Positions 12,090 to 25,650 of a stretch of 64,000 nucleotides of DNA are shown here, one piece after another (position 1 is the first letter of the stretch; each line of letters opens with the position of its first letter). A program made the position numbers and the translations under genes. This stretch comes from Octopus bimaculoides (lineage: Eukaryota): the NCBI RefSeq assembly GCF_001194135.2, contig NC_068984.1:20007635-20071634 (forward strand), written 5' to 3'. The notes under the pieces are model-generated. The model was not told the DNA's origin. It saw only the letters and a list, made by a program, of their open reading frames with translations, and made no database searches.

Positions 12090-12415
12090 CTAGATACATA
12101 CATACATACATGTCTGTGGTGTATATATATATTCATTTTCTCTTTCTGCGTAGCTCTCTATCATGTATATGTATGTGTGTGTATGTGTGTGTATGTGTGT
12201 GTATGTGAGAGAGAGAGAGAGGGGGGAGGGAATCGCTTCTTTTGGAGCTGTCTGTTTATATGTGTGCGTACGTATGTATGTGTCTGTGTTTCTGTGTGTG
12301 CGCGTGTGTGTGAGTTATAAAGATAGGAGATGAGACATGACACTAGAGTCCTTAAAATGCTTTATACACCTGCACTTGAACGCATGAAGACATGCGCACG
12401 CACACCGTTACACAA

Positions 12416-12578
12416 ACAGACGCGCGTAGCGAAAAGGAAGCGGGGAAGGCGGTGTCCCCCAGGCAACATTTTGTAGGGGCGGCACTTTATATATATATAT
12501 ATGTATTGTTTTTCGGAGGTGGAGAGGGCAAACTTAAGGACCGCCCGGAGAGATGCAAACTCTAGCTATGCCGAGTGC
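12416..12578. mobile_element. Possible small degenerate hAT-type MITE
   Basis: The ends are GCGCGTAGC and GCTATGCCGAGTG, with GC-rich subterminal motifs (GGGGCGGCAC, GGACCGCCC). No TSD was seen. Confidence 0.4.
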
Positions 12579-12654
12579 GTGCATTTGTGTGTGTGCGTAT
12601 ATGAGCATGTATGTGTGTGTGTGTGTGTGTGTGCGTGCGCGCGCGATATAGATA

Positions 12655-13085
<431 letters not shown>

Positions 13086-13721
13086 AAACACACACATACA
13101 TTTATATAATTGCTGTATATATACAAATTCTAATAGTTGAATATTTTACGTAATATTTCTATTTTTGAAAACCACTGGNNNNNNNNNNNNNNNNNNNNNN
13201 NNNNNNNNNNNNNNNNNNNNNNNNNNNNNNNNNNNNNNNNNNNNNNNNNNNNNNNNNNNNNNNNNNNNNNNNNNNNNNNNNNNNNNNNNNNNNNNNNNNN
13301 NNNNNNNNNNNNNNNNNNNNNNNNNNNNNNNNNNNNNNNNNNNNNNNNNNNNNNNNNNNNNNNNNNNNNNNNNNNNNNNNNNNNNNGGTTATAATGGACA
13401 CAGGTTCGTGTGTCACATAGCTTGCTAGAGGCGATGGCCTCTTGGAACTAATCAACGGCAGCATTCGTCTTATTCTTTTGACTGCCATGTTGGCTTGGCG
13501 ATAACAATTAATATTCAGTACCGCTGCCGTAGTCTCCTTTAGAGAGACTTAGAAATATTAATATTTCTATTTTTAATAAAGAACCATTATTTTTCATCTT
13601 TAATCGATAACAACGGTGGCCAAACTACGGCTTGGGTGTCTCATGCACGCTCAAAGATATATTGTGCGGCTCCAAATTTAACTTTGGGTTTTGGTGTCAT
13701 CTTTTCTTAGAACAACTTTTA

Positions 13722-13852
13722 CATGGGTGTAGGAGTGGCTATGTGGTAAGAAATTGTTTACTACGTGGTTCTGTGTTCTGCTATAGCCTCAGACCGACCC
13801 AGAGCCTTGTGAGTGGATTTGGAAGAAGGAAACTGAAAGAAGACTGTCTTGT

Positions 13853-13904
<52 letters not shown>

Positions 13905-14135
13905 GTGTTTGTACGTCCGTGTTTGTCACCCACCATCACTTGACGGCCGGCGTTAGTGTGTTTAATTCTCCGCAACGTAACGGTTCGGCAATAGAGACCG
14001 ATATACTAAGTACATGAGTACCAAGCTTAAAAAGAAGTACTGGGGTTGAATTATTTGACTGCAATTCCTCAAGGCAGTGCCCCAACATGGCCACAGTCTA
14101 ATGGCTGAAACAAGTAAAAGATAAAAGATAAGAGA
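13722..14135 (+). mobile_element. SINE family B, full length, with internal (TG)n
   Basis: Head GTAGGAGTGGCTATGTGGTAAG, internal microsatellite, and tail GGCAGTGCCCCAACATGGCC..GAAACAAGTAAAAGA. Confidence 0.9.
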
Positions 14136-14374
14136 CCCTACCAGTTGGATCTCAAAGTATTAAGTGCAAAAATGAAGACCCAATAAAAATCTTCAACAAG
14201 CAGAGATTTATTAATCTACTTTATTGAGTAAAATTATCTAACTGTATATTTTCATATTTATAAGTATATCTTCTTTTTTTAAACATCTGCGCTACGTAAA
14301 CGTCAAAAATATCTATGTGGCTCTTTTTATTAAACAACTTGGCCATCTTTGGTCTATAATATATTAGTGAGTGT

Positions 14375-14622
14375 AGGGCGGCGAGAATTCCGCCGAGGTC
14401 GACTTTGCCTTTCATCCTTTCAGGGTCGATAAATTAAGTACCAGTTGCATACTGGGGTTGATCTAATCGACTGGCTCCTCCCCCAAAATTTCAGGCCTTG
14501 TGCCTAGAGTAGAAAAGAAGTACTAGTTACGCACTGGAGTCGATGTAATCGATTTAATCCCTTTGTCTGTCCTTGTTTGTCCCCTCCATGTTTAGTCCCC
14601 CTGTGGGCAATGAAGAAATAAA
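14375..14622 (+). mobile_element. SINE family C (C1 with an internal deletion, joined to a C2 3' half)
   Basis: GGCGGCGAG..AATTCCGCCGAGGTCGACTTTGCC..., the C1 tail GTGCCTAGAGTAGAAAAG, then the C2 tail TTTGTCCCCTCCATGTTTAGTCCCCTGTGGGC. Confidence 0.85.
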
Positions 14623-15249
14623 TACATTAGTGGGTGTGCTACAAGAGTACATAAATTAAACCAACTCCCATGGAAACGGAGTCATAAGTTCAGGCAACGA
14701 ACGAAACCTTTAACATATTGATGCCAAAATAAACAATTTAGGTTTTTCTTCCGTTATTGAATCATCGCTACACGTCCTTAGATTTAGTTACTAACAAAAT
14801 ACGGTGTTCTCTTTTCATAATTCCCACCCCATTTTTGTACATTTTTGTACATTTTTTTCTTTTTACATTGCTCTAGCTTCCCCCAACGCCATCACTATCA
14901 TTTTCATCATTGCCTGTTACGTTCATTCTGTATAAAATAATAAGCGCACATATTGTTTAAATATAGCAAAAGAGAAGAAAAAAGTGTACCAACATCTGAG
15001 ATGGGTGTAAAATGTTTATAAGGAAACTACCGATGGTAGCAATTTTAGTGATAATACATTCATTCCAATAGCGATAATCACGTTGAAGATAACACTTAAG
15101 ACATGTTTCACTAATATTGTAAACGTAGGTCACTTTTCAAAAGGAATATGAAATTACTTAGCTAGAGCATTAATTTTTTTTTTTTTTGACATACCTACAC
15201 AAGTGTGTCTCCTGCTACCCACCCACATCGTCTTTGTTTCCTCATAACA

Positions 15250-15378
15250 TTCAGAAAATTAGATATATTTTTCTGATGAAATTTTCTATAAATACCTTTC
15301 AGATGGCGTACATTCCGATATAGTCGGAATTTAATGTGGGAAAACTGTTGGGAGCGCACGCAAGTATACTGACACATG

Positions 15379-15422
<44 letters not shown>

Positions 15423-15602
15423 AAAAATGAAAGAAATGAAAATTGTAATGTGTGTCTATGTATGTGTGCACAGTCACCATTTTTTTAAAAATTTCATTTC
15501 ATTTCATTTCATTTTTTAGATTAAATTCCGATATAATTGGAATCTACGCCATCTGGAAGGTATTAATAGAAAATTTCATGAAAAGAAATCGATTAATCTG
15601 AA
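15250..15602. mobile_element. Fold-back/MITE-like element with ~85-bp imperfect inverted arms around a (GT)n
   Basis: TGAAATTTTCTATAAATACCTTTCAGATGGCGTACATTCCGATATAGTCGGAATTTAAT (15276-15335) is the near reverse complement of 15520-15580. Confidence 0.75.
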
Positions 15603-16240
15603 AGATATGAGGAGACAAAGTCAGTGGAGGGCACACTTGTGTAGGAATGCCATTTTTGTACATTTGTTTTTTTAAGAGAAAGAGTAACTTTAATTGAAAC
15701 TATTTATTATATTAATTTGTTGACACCTGAATATTCAGAAGTCTGACAAGAACTAATCTGAGTTGAATCGACCATCGGGAAGACAAACCAAAGAACGCGC
15801 TGGAACGAAAACAAAAGACAGACGTCTTTTATGGCAAAGAGTGCGCATGAATATTTCTCGGTTATTTTTAACAGCTGTTTATTTCTCGGTCGTTTGTAAA
15901 CAAAACTTTCTAGCGAATGCTTTCTTTTACTAAATACACTCTGGCTGCGGTGCACGTGAACTGCCTATTAGATGACACACCCGTTGGCAGAGATAATTTT
16001 AGAACAGACATCTATCTATAATTATAATTGGAATCTTAATTGGACAAGCGATGGTAAGGAAAGAAATTAATGACAAATAGTTACTTGTTTTAATCGATCC
16101 CCGAAGGATTAACGATTTTGAGTATATCCATCATTTGTATTCAGGATAGTGTGATACCAAACCAGATGCAGAAATACTGCAAAGTTGTGATGTATCCCAC
16201 AAGGTACCTAAAGACTTAACCAGACTCTTAAGAAAAAAGA

Positions 16241-16345
<105 letters not shown>

Positions 16346-16499
16346 TGTGTGCGTGCATTTATGTAAGTTATGTATGTTTTTATGTAGGTTATGTATGTAT
16401 ATATGTATATATGTATATATGTATGTATGTATGTAGGTAGGTAGGTAGGTTGGTAGGTAGGTAGGTAGGTGCAACCGTTAATCCAGACATGTTTTTTCT

Positions 16500-16690
16500 G
16501 TCTCTCCATTTTTTTTTTCACTCTCTCCATCTCTTTTCTCTTCTCATTCCTTTCTGTAGAAGAGCATAGATTGGAAACATCAAAGATGTCTTACATTTCT
16601 CCTGAGTGTCAAACTAAATACATCTTGTATGTTGTTCTCTCACCTGACCATGATTTTTGTTTCTTTGTCTTTTGTACAATTTTGAGCCAT
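16500..16690 (+). mobile_element. Penelope-like non-autonomous repeat (my family G), diverged copy with a decayed hammerhead motif at 16550-16585
   Basis: CTTT-CTGTAGA-A-GAGC-ATAG-ATTG-GAAA-CAT-C-AAAG. It is homologous to 30315, 40735 and 50130. Confidence 0.65.
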
Positions 16691-16919
16691 ATGTATATAT
16701 ATGTATACGTTTGCATACATACATACATACATACATACATAGTGCAATCTGAAAGTGGAACAGTAAAAATATGCAAGACTTTTCTCAAGTTCCAAATGTG
16801 AATTTGTCTGTGTTAACTACGACCCAAAGATTGAGCCTTGTATCTTTATTGGAAACCGACTCCCTCCTCTTTGAAAGATTTATAATAATTAAAAAATAGA
16901 AGATACATACATACATACA

Positions 16920-16950
<31 letters not shown>

Positions 16951-17419
16951 GTATACATACATGCATTCATACACATCTATGCATACATTATTTTGTTTCT
17001 GTTATAGGCACAAAACCTGAAATTTTGTGGAAGGTAGCTAGTAGAATACTTCCACCCCAATATTCAGCTGGGGCTTATTCTATCAACCTCGAAAGCAAAG
17101 TCAATCACAGAAGAATTTGAACTCTGACACCATCATCACAACAATTTCTGCACCTTGCAACAGCACCGCTCCTTCCAGCGGTGCCGAGTAGCATTGATGT
17201 CACCATGTAATATCTAGTTTCTTTTAGTCCTAACGGCTAATACTGACAAAGAATCGAAGCATATCATACACAGTTATCAGGAGGAATAACAACATGGTTG
17301 ATACTCTTTTCTACAGCATGCTTCACAATGACTTACTTTATCGATATTTCTCTCGGGTTAACAATTAACTTCCCAACCTTACTTTTTCAGTCTCCCATTA
17401 ATGTCTTCCTTTCAACTTT

Positions 17420-17453
17420 TCCCTGAAGAAGGACGGTTGTCCGAATCGTTGGA
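17420..17453 (+). ncRNA. Minimal type-I hammerhead ribozyme-like motif (one core substitution)
   Basis: TCC-CTGAAGA-A-GGAC-GGTT-GTCC-GAAT-CGT-T-GGA. Stem I is 3 bp and stem II is 4 bp; GAAA has changed to GAAT. Confidence 0.65.
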
Positions 17454-17553
17454 TTTTTTTTATTACTCCTCACGGCAAGTTCACTGCACTCTCTTTTTTT
17501 TATCGATTTGTACATACAATTACATATGTATATGCACATACATATGCATAAAT

Positions 17554-17600
<47 letters not shown>

Positions 17601-18364
17601 AATAAACACATACACGTATATATACATATATATGCTGTATGTATTTGTGCACGCGTGTATATGTGTGATGTGTGTATATGTGTGTATGTATATATAAACA
17701 CATATATAAATAGATATGCATATACATGTTTTTGTAAGTTGCATATACATACATACATACATACATACATATGGGTGTGTATTTATGTAGATCATTATAT
17801 GCGTACGAACGTGTCTGAGACGACATTCGTGACAAAAGAGGAGGAAATAATTTTGTCAATAGTGTAACTATGCAAAGTATGGAATAACAAGAACTAAATA
17901 TGTAAAGAATGTCATAGATATGGCTGCTCCTGTCTTGAAACATTTTTATAAGATTCTTTCATATTTTTTCTCTTGTGTCAATTGGTTTTTCTATGCTTTT
18001 TTTTTTCTCTTGTTTTACTATTTCTCATTTCCCATGTCAGCTATATGTCAGGTGGCTCTTGTATCAACAACACGTAGAAATTATATGTCAGGCAGGTAAA
18101 GAAAGAGTTAAGAGCTATCAGACTAGGTTAGTGATGGTAGTGGTGGTGCTTCTTCTTTTTCTTTTTCTTCTCTTTCTTCATCATTTTCTTCGTCTTTTTC
18201 TTATGCTCCTCCTCCCCTCCTGCTATTCCTTCTATTCCTCTTCTTCCCCTTCTTCCTCCTCCTCCACTACTTCTTATCCTTATTCTCCTTCCTCTTGCTG
18301 CTGTTGCTGTTGTTGTTTTCTTCTTCTTCTTCTTCTTCTTCTTCTTCTTCTTCTTCTTCATTTT

Positions 18365-18560
18365 GTTTAACTCCAGTTCCGGTATGATCCAGCAAACCTA
18401 TGATCAAAGGGCTTCCACCTTTCACTATCCGGTCTTCTGTTTTTCTTTATACAATATTCAGGACTACATTGTGACATGCGTGTTTCTTTTCTTAAGACAT
18501 TAGCGTTTAGCTTGAGGGACATTTGGTTGTTATTTCTAGCAAGCTTAGTGACCAAGCAGT
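18365..18560 (+). repeat. Dispersed SINE-like repeat (my family F); other copies at ~6340-6450(-), 8760-8900(-), 20785-20940, 54325-54510 and 57150-57330
   Basis: Shared motifs ACCTATGATCAAAGG..TTCCA and TTGAGGGA.ATTTGG.TG.TATTTCTAGC..G..TAGTGACC. Confidence 0.65.
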
Positions 18561-20587
18561 GGCCCATTCCTTTGCTACGTTTCTAGCATAGAGAAAGGCT
18601 TAACGTAGTGACAGCAGCAAGGGGGAAATTAAGCACCGCGTCAATTATACATACGGATGATAATGAAGCAAAACTAGAGTGTTTAGAAAATATCAGTTAT
18701 TCGAATACATCGCTTGCAAAAAATTATCTGAAGAGACAGAGTTCGTTCGATGTATTTTAGGCTAACATTTAAAAAAACCCTGTAGAATGGACAAATCAAA
18801 GGAATGAATATATATGAGCCATTTTTCTATCTTTCAGGAGAGAAGGCAGTGCCTATGATATTTTAGTGACGCTCCGAAACTGGTTGGAAGTAAGGAGAGA
18901 GGAGGAAAGTATCTTTAAACCTGAAACCCGGCTCAAATGCTTGCAACAGAGTGAGCTCCGCTAAAGGCACCCGGTTTATCAGCACCATCCAAGGCAGTGG
19001 TGGTTTTTAAACCGGGTGACTTATTCATTCAACTACCCAATGTTTAAACATGTTTGTGCTTAAACCAAATTTGACTACACGCGCCTGATTCTCCAACCAC
19101 TGAAAGGACAGCGATAACCCACGAGATCTAAAGTCCATTGATCCACATTGCAAGAGAATATATCTACACAACGGTTTATAGTGACATTAGTAGTGTGCAT
19201 TGACAAATATCACAAGTTTCACTGTGAAGAAGTTCTTGGAATATGAATAGCCCAAGATGACTGTTGCCTTCTTCCAGATGCAGGAGGTTGTTGGAAATCC
19301 AATCTGTCAGAAACCATCTTAAAGCAGACAGACACAATTTCATTTAAATTTCAGCTTTTGTTTTTAAATAACTCACAAAACAACACAACAACGTAGATAG
19401 GTCGCCTTCACTATGGTTAAGGAACGCTACCTACCCGTCTTGTTCTGACATGAACTAAGGTTCCGTTACTCCCAAGGTGATTTTGCAGTGCGCTTGTTGA
19501 CCATCCCGCATATTTCTAATTCCCCGTGCACTTCTACTAGCTAAAACCATTTGCCCAAAACTGGTTTCGTCTGTCCTTTTGACAAGTTCCGTTTTTGTTC
19601 TGCTCCTCTTTCGGTTTGATTGAGGCGAGTACCGATTTAGTCGCCGATGAGCCGATCATGCAACATGTATTGGATTTCATATTGCCAGTAGCAAACGATC
19701 GACTAAACTCAAGTTTGCACAAGATGCAGTAATTCTGTAGAGGTTCAGATTCTAGAAGGAAACGCAACCGAAAAACTAGGTTTGCTAGTCGACTCTCATT
19801 TGATGCAGGTCTACTTTATTTATGCTATTGTCTTCAAATTTCCGGTCACTGTATTTCGCTCACAACAGTTTGGTTAACCCTAACTTTCGAAGCAGACTCT
19901 TCTCCGGTGCCACACAATGAGATGAGTCCTGAGAGCACGTGGTTGTGAAGTATACTTCATTATCATTCAGCGTAGTATTATTTATTGATATTGCTTGATT
20001 AATAAGCAAGGCTACGCTGCAGGGTAACAAGTTTATTGTGTCTATCATCGCATTCACAAAGTATTCCTTGGGTAGTGAGATGTGGTATACTTCAGCACCA
20101 GATTTTCACGTTTTGAGCAGCTAAGAAACATCTTCATTATTAGAAAACTATTAGAACAGATATTTTGCTCTTGGTAGAATGATAACAAGACTGCTGGGCA
20201 AGTGTATTTAACGTTTGACAGTTAGACGGTTCTCACATTACCAACAGCCGTATATTTCCATTTGGAGCTAATTTATAGCTCTTCCTGTGTCATGCTTTGC
20301 TCTGATGACAGGATATAACCGTAGGCCTCTCAATGAAGAAGCAGACATCCCAACAATTTGGTTGTATTGGAACTAACTAAAAGATACTAAACATTTCAAT
20401 TAATCTTATGCTTGAACCAATTTACGAGCTTCAAGAAAACACAGCTCTTTTACCTTCAGTTTGGATTAGCAGGAACTTGGACATTATTGTAAATATTTTG
20501 GTATCAAAATTATGAAAGCATGTATCATCCAGTCGTTCAGGAAAATCAGTGAGATGAATTCTGGTTCACAATTAAAATATTAATATT

Positions 20588-20675
20588 CTTTTCTACTCTA
20601 GGCACAAGGCCCGAAATTTTGGGGGTGGGTGTCAGTCGATTAGATCGATTCCAGTACGCAACTGGTACTTAATAA
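20588..20675 (-). mobile_element. SINE family C1, 3' fragment
   Basis: TTTCTACTCTAGGCACAAGGCCCGAAATTTTGGGG...CAGTACGCAACTGGTACTTAAT. Confidence 0.85.
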
Positions 20676-21679
20676 TTAAAATATTAATATTGTTAGTGAT
20701 TTTACATAGAAGAATATTGTATTTTCCCTGAGATATTTCCCTGGGTGTATTGTTTTTGTTCAGCTGCAAGCCTTGATTAAATAAACATATGATCAAAGGT
20801 GTTCCAGTCGTGGCCACCTCATACTATATTCAAAGTTATTGTTTCTAAAACACCATTATCTAATCTGTGTTTCTTTTTAAGATAAGGTAGAATATGAGGG
20901 AAATTTAGCTACTATTTTTAGCATGTCAACTGACCACATGTAATGACTCAGTGCTTGTTTCCATTATGAATTTGTGATGGAAAACCAGTTGAAATGCTAA
21001 TTTCTAATTATATGCACAAAACGCCTTTAGTCTATAAATTAGCTTTAATAACATAAACACCGAGCACATGCTATGTAACCATGGCAGCAGCTGAATAATT
21101 AAGATACCAGACTAATAAGTCTTAGCTTCAAACCCTGCATTTAACAATTCGTATTGTCCCTACCAGCGCAAGCTTCCCCTCTATCAAAATGGCTGCAGGT
21201 AGCTGAATTGGTGCCACACTGGACAAAATGACTTGCAGTCACATACCTCTACGTTCTGAGTTCAAACCCAACCGGATTAACTTTTCGTTTCAACACTCGA
21301 GGGTAAATAAAACAAGCAGCAGTATTATTCTTAGATTCGATTCAATCACGTCTACTCCCCTTTCCTTCTCCAAAATGTATGGCTGTCTGCCAAAGTTAGA
21401 AATCGTTATTGTACCAATCCCAGTTCCGTAGTAATAGTGGCGGGAGTTATTCTTATCTTCCAAAACAAACGTGCACACACATGTACGCTCATTCAACAAT
21501 CTCTTGCCAAAAAATGCTAATCTACCTGTACTTTATTTAGCTTTATCAAATTTGCTCATTAAATTTGGACAAATTAGTAGAATGCTGAATTAGATTTGCT
21601 TTCTGTAAAGAGTTCGGTTTACAGAAAGTTCACTGAGTTTAATTCATGCTATATGGACACCCATGACTTTTCCATATAA

Positions 21680-21920
21680 GTGACACAGTGTGACAAGGAT
21701 GTCCCTTTGAATTACAGGTACAACAGAAACAAGATGAAAGAGTGAGAGAAAGTTGTGGTGGAAGAATACAGAAGGGTTCGCCACCATCCCCTACCGGGGC
21801 CTCGTGGAGCTTTAGGTGATTTCGCTCAATAAACACTCACAACACCCGGTCTGGGAATCGAAACCGCGATCCTATGACCGCGAGTCCACTGCCCTAACCA
21901 CTGGGCCATTGCACCTCCAC
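21680..21920 (-). mobile_element. SINE family A, 5' two-thirds
   Basis: Matches 925-1167. Confidence 0.9.
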
Positions 21921-22907
21921 ACACGGTATTAAGATAATATTAAAATAATGCTGTCTATATGTTCTCTTAAAAAAAAAAAGATGTCAAAAAAACTAGCAAC
22001 TAGCGTTTAATGATATGGAATATGGTACAACAATGAAATTGTGTCTAAAAATATTTCGTAAACTGGTTTCGTTCAACGACAACTTTTTATCTGGTAAATC
22101 ATTTTAGAATGAGAGTGGGATATTTCTCAGTTCCTCGCGTGTAATGTTAGAAAGGTTAAAAGAGCAGGCATCGTATTTTTAACGCCTTGGTGGTTTATCT
22201 ATGTGTGAAAGAATGACTCAGCCGGCTGATGTAACACGTCTTGGCGTTAAATATCCAATACGCCGTCGAATAGTGAAGAAGGAAAAGGAGCAAAAACAAC
22301 AACGAGAATGCACAAGTCCCGCAGTATGTGGGTTTAAGAATGGACACGTGGTAGCAAACATCAGTAAACGTTTGTATTTTAATCAAATTATGCGAGAATT
22401 TTAATCCTTTGACATCCACGTGAGCGACAAATGACACAACAAATAAACTACAGAGGGTGTTGATGGCTGATGGTGACATCAGTGATAGCTGTAGTCATAA
22501 GCACAATTGAGAAATGGCGACAAATGATAGTAGTGATAGCGATGAATGTGTTGGTGGAGAAGATGTAGTACTAAACAATCTAGCAGAGAAGTAATACTTC
22601 TTGAAGAAGAAAGAGAAAAGACCCCACCCTCCGCGAAAGAGGAAAAGGAAGAGTAGAAATATCACAAAAAATAGGTCCACTCAAGGATGTTTAGTGCATA
22701 ATATATAAAGCAGCCATATGTTTCCGTTACACATAAACGCCTACAGACCGCCGACATAACTTCACGTATGCATCTAGCTATGAAAACAGTATGTTAGATA
22801 GGAAATACTTCGTGGTGTGGTTTCCATATATATTTTTTCTATTACTCAAGAAATATTCTTAAGTAGCTCACACTGAATTCACAACGGCGTGTTGGTGCTT
22901 TCTGCAT

Positions 22908-22909
<2 letters not shown>

Positions 22910-23002
<93 letters not shown>
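22910..23002. repeat. (GT)n microsatellite
   Basis: Seen directly in the sequence. Confidence 0.98.
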
Positions 23003-23005
<3 letters not shown>

Positions 23006-24024
23006 AACACTTAGCTGTTGTAGATGGGCAACCCTACAACAGACACGTTCCGTTTAGCAGCGAACATTGGCCTGCTCGCCTAGTTAGCGCGGTGACACCA
23101 TTCAAAAGCTACAACAATGCAAAAACGCACTGTGACTAGGGGTGTATAACATCCGATAGACTGGTCGATGCAGTGATACACTGATAAACACATAAACATA
23201 CATATCCAGTTATATCTATCTATTTCTACATGTGTGTGTGTGTGTGTGTCCGTGTTCATGTCCATGTCTGTGTATAAATGTATGTGTGAGAAATGCAGCG
23301 AACTATCTATTGATTATTATACATGTCTCGATAGTGACTCGTTCTGCCGTTTGCTGATGCAGTCGAGCAAGGCATTAAAATGTTGTATGTCCTGCAAACC
23401 AGAACCAAACCAATACTAAAACGGATATTGTTGCACACTTCTCTAAGTAACATTAACAAATCTGATGATGGATGGATCATTTGCCGCCAAAACACTAAAG
23501 GATATATTTCACAACGTATTGCCTTGCGGTTGTCGTACTCGCGGTCCATGTTGCTGCTGTTGATGTTACACAAGGCCGCCCTTGAGATTGAGACCAAAAA
23601 TATGAACAAAGACATTACAGCTATCATCATCTTTCAATCGGTATATCGAAGACATGATTTAATCTATCCTTTATTTTAAAGATGATGGGGGTTTTGGATA
23701 GAGTAGATTTAGCAAGCGTAAGGAGACTCATTCATTGACTCAAACTTGTCGGCTATTGTGCTGTGGACATATGGCGATACAAATTTATTTAAACAGTTGG
23801 GAAAACATGGATTTGTCACTGTATTAACACTGAATTAATTAATAAATTCGGATAGTCCTTATTTAATGCTATTTTTTTATTAAAATGCCACTGAAGTTAA
23901 CGATTTTTTTTTTCCTTTTTTCAATTCCCTTGAAGTTCGATAAAAATAGAGACCTTAATACGTTGACCGAATTGAATCGATCAGTTGGTCCGCAATATTT
24001 CCAAAATGAATTCGTGAGAGAAAG

Positions 24025-24065
<41 letters not shown>

Positions 24066-24473
24066 TGTGTGTGTAGAAACGTATGTCCGCACGCGAGCGT
24101 GTGTGCAATACCTATTTATCTTGCTACTGGGTAACGAGACAAGCACAGACATTGTTTTTTTAACAACCAGTGACAAACGCAAAGACAAGCATAGACACAG
24201 ACAGAAGCACACATACATACATACATACAAACATACATATATACATCCATACACACATACATACATACATACATACATACATACATACATACATACATAC
24301 ATACATACATCCATATATACATGCGAAGAATCGTTCATNNNNNNNNNNNNNNNNNNNNNNNNNNNNNNNNNNNNNNNNNNNNNNNNNNNNNNNNNNNNNN
24401 NNNNNNNNNNNNNNNNNNNNNNNNNNNNNNNNNNNNNNNNNNNNNNNNNNNNNNNNNNNNNNNNNNNNNNNNN

Positions 24474-24515
<42 letters not shown>

Positions 24516-24956
24516 CACTACGATGAGATTTTCTTCCACCAGGGTTTTGCAGGATGTCCTCGTCGACCTCTACACACCATCCAGGACGAGGCTCGTATCC
24601 TAGGCTGTTGTTTCCGGCTCGGAATTTCTGGAACTATCGTGGACAGTGGCTTACACTTATTGTCCGATCCCCATATACTGCATTGATATTCCTCACACTT
24701 TCTCTTGCATTGTTGCCTTTCTTGAACTCATAAAGCAAAATATGCCGATTATACTCCTTTGTCACTTCCATTATAGCTTTGAAAAAATAACTGTTATTAA
24801 AAATAACTGGCATTCTTCAAAACTTTCACTAAGAATAAGGATAAGGTAAAATTACTACCTGTTTTTATAGCAAGTTGATACAGGTGGTTTATTCCGTCCC
24901 CTTCCAACTTTGAGTTCATGCAATTGAAAAAACCACGTTATTTATGGGATGACCCA

Positions 24957-25024
<68 letters not shown>

Positions 25025-25053
25025 GGTAGATAGGTANNNNNNNNNNTGAGAAG

Positions 25054-25125
<72 letters not shown>

Positions 25126-25493
25126 TATATGTACATATATGTGTCTACGTGTGATCACTCTCGAGTACTACTGATAACATGTAGTCCAGTACAACTAATT
25201 AGGTTCCCCACCAAGTTTACTACTTAAGGAGGGTTGGTAAAAACCTTGCGGTAGAAAAAAAAACAATACCCGAGAAAAGGGCGAGTGCGTCTGACGTATC
25301 ATCAATGATTATTTAGCATTTGCACCGAGATATTGAAATAAATATTCATTGTGGTGAACGAGTTCACCGCAAAACAAGCCGGGGGTGATGAACCTCTAGT
25401 TCTTGCTAGAACATCTGTTATAAAGAAGGTTATTCTGATCGTCTCAGCCGATGATAAGCTATCAGGAGGAAAGCTGTTTTATCTGGAAAATGA

Positions 25494-25650
25494 ATGAAAT
25501 TCTGCGCGTGCTTCATTTGCCATAATCAGTTTCATGCACAGAAACTTGTTGGAAAACACCTTATGGATCATTCAAAAAGTCCTGTGGTGATGAGGAGTTG
25601 TGGAACGTACAAGCAAGACCAGCTGGAAGTATCTTATTGCAAACCTGCAG
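25494..25650 (+). CDS. Candidate exon encoding one C2H2 zinc finger
   Basis: CFICHNQFHAQKLVGKHLMDH fits C-x2-C-x3-F-x5-V-x2-H-x3-H. The frame reaches a strong donor, CAG|GTAGGT, at 25650/25651. There is an in-frame stop immediately before the ATG, and no partner exon was found. Confidence 0.3.

Noticed and set aside
18838-18950. Apparent exon (TTTCAG|..REGSAYDILVTLRNWLEVRREEESIFKPETRLKCLQQ..|GTGAGC)
   Set aside because: Most of it is a copy of dispersed repeat H (also at 9820 and 54625), so it is unlikely to be a host exon.
22440-22690. Acidic then basic peptide fragments (ATNDSSDSDECV, PPRKRKRKSR) resembling a transposase N-terminus
   Set aside because: The similarity is compositional only, with multiple stops and no diagnostic motif or TIR.
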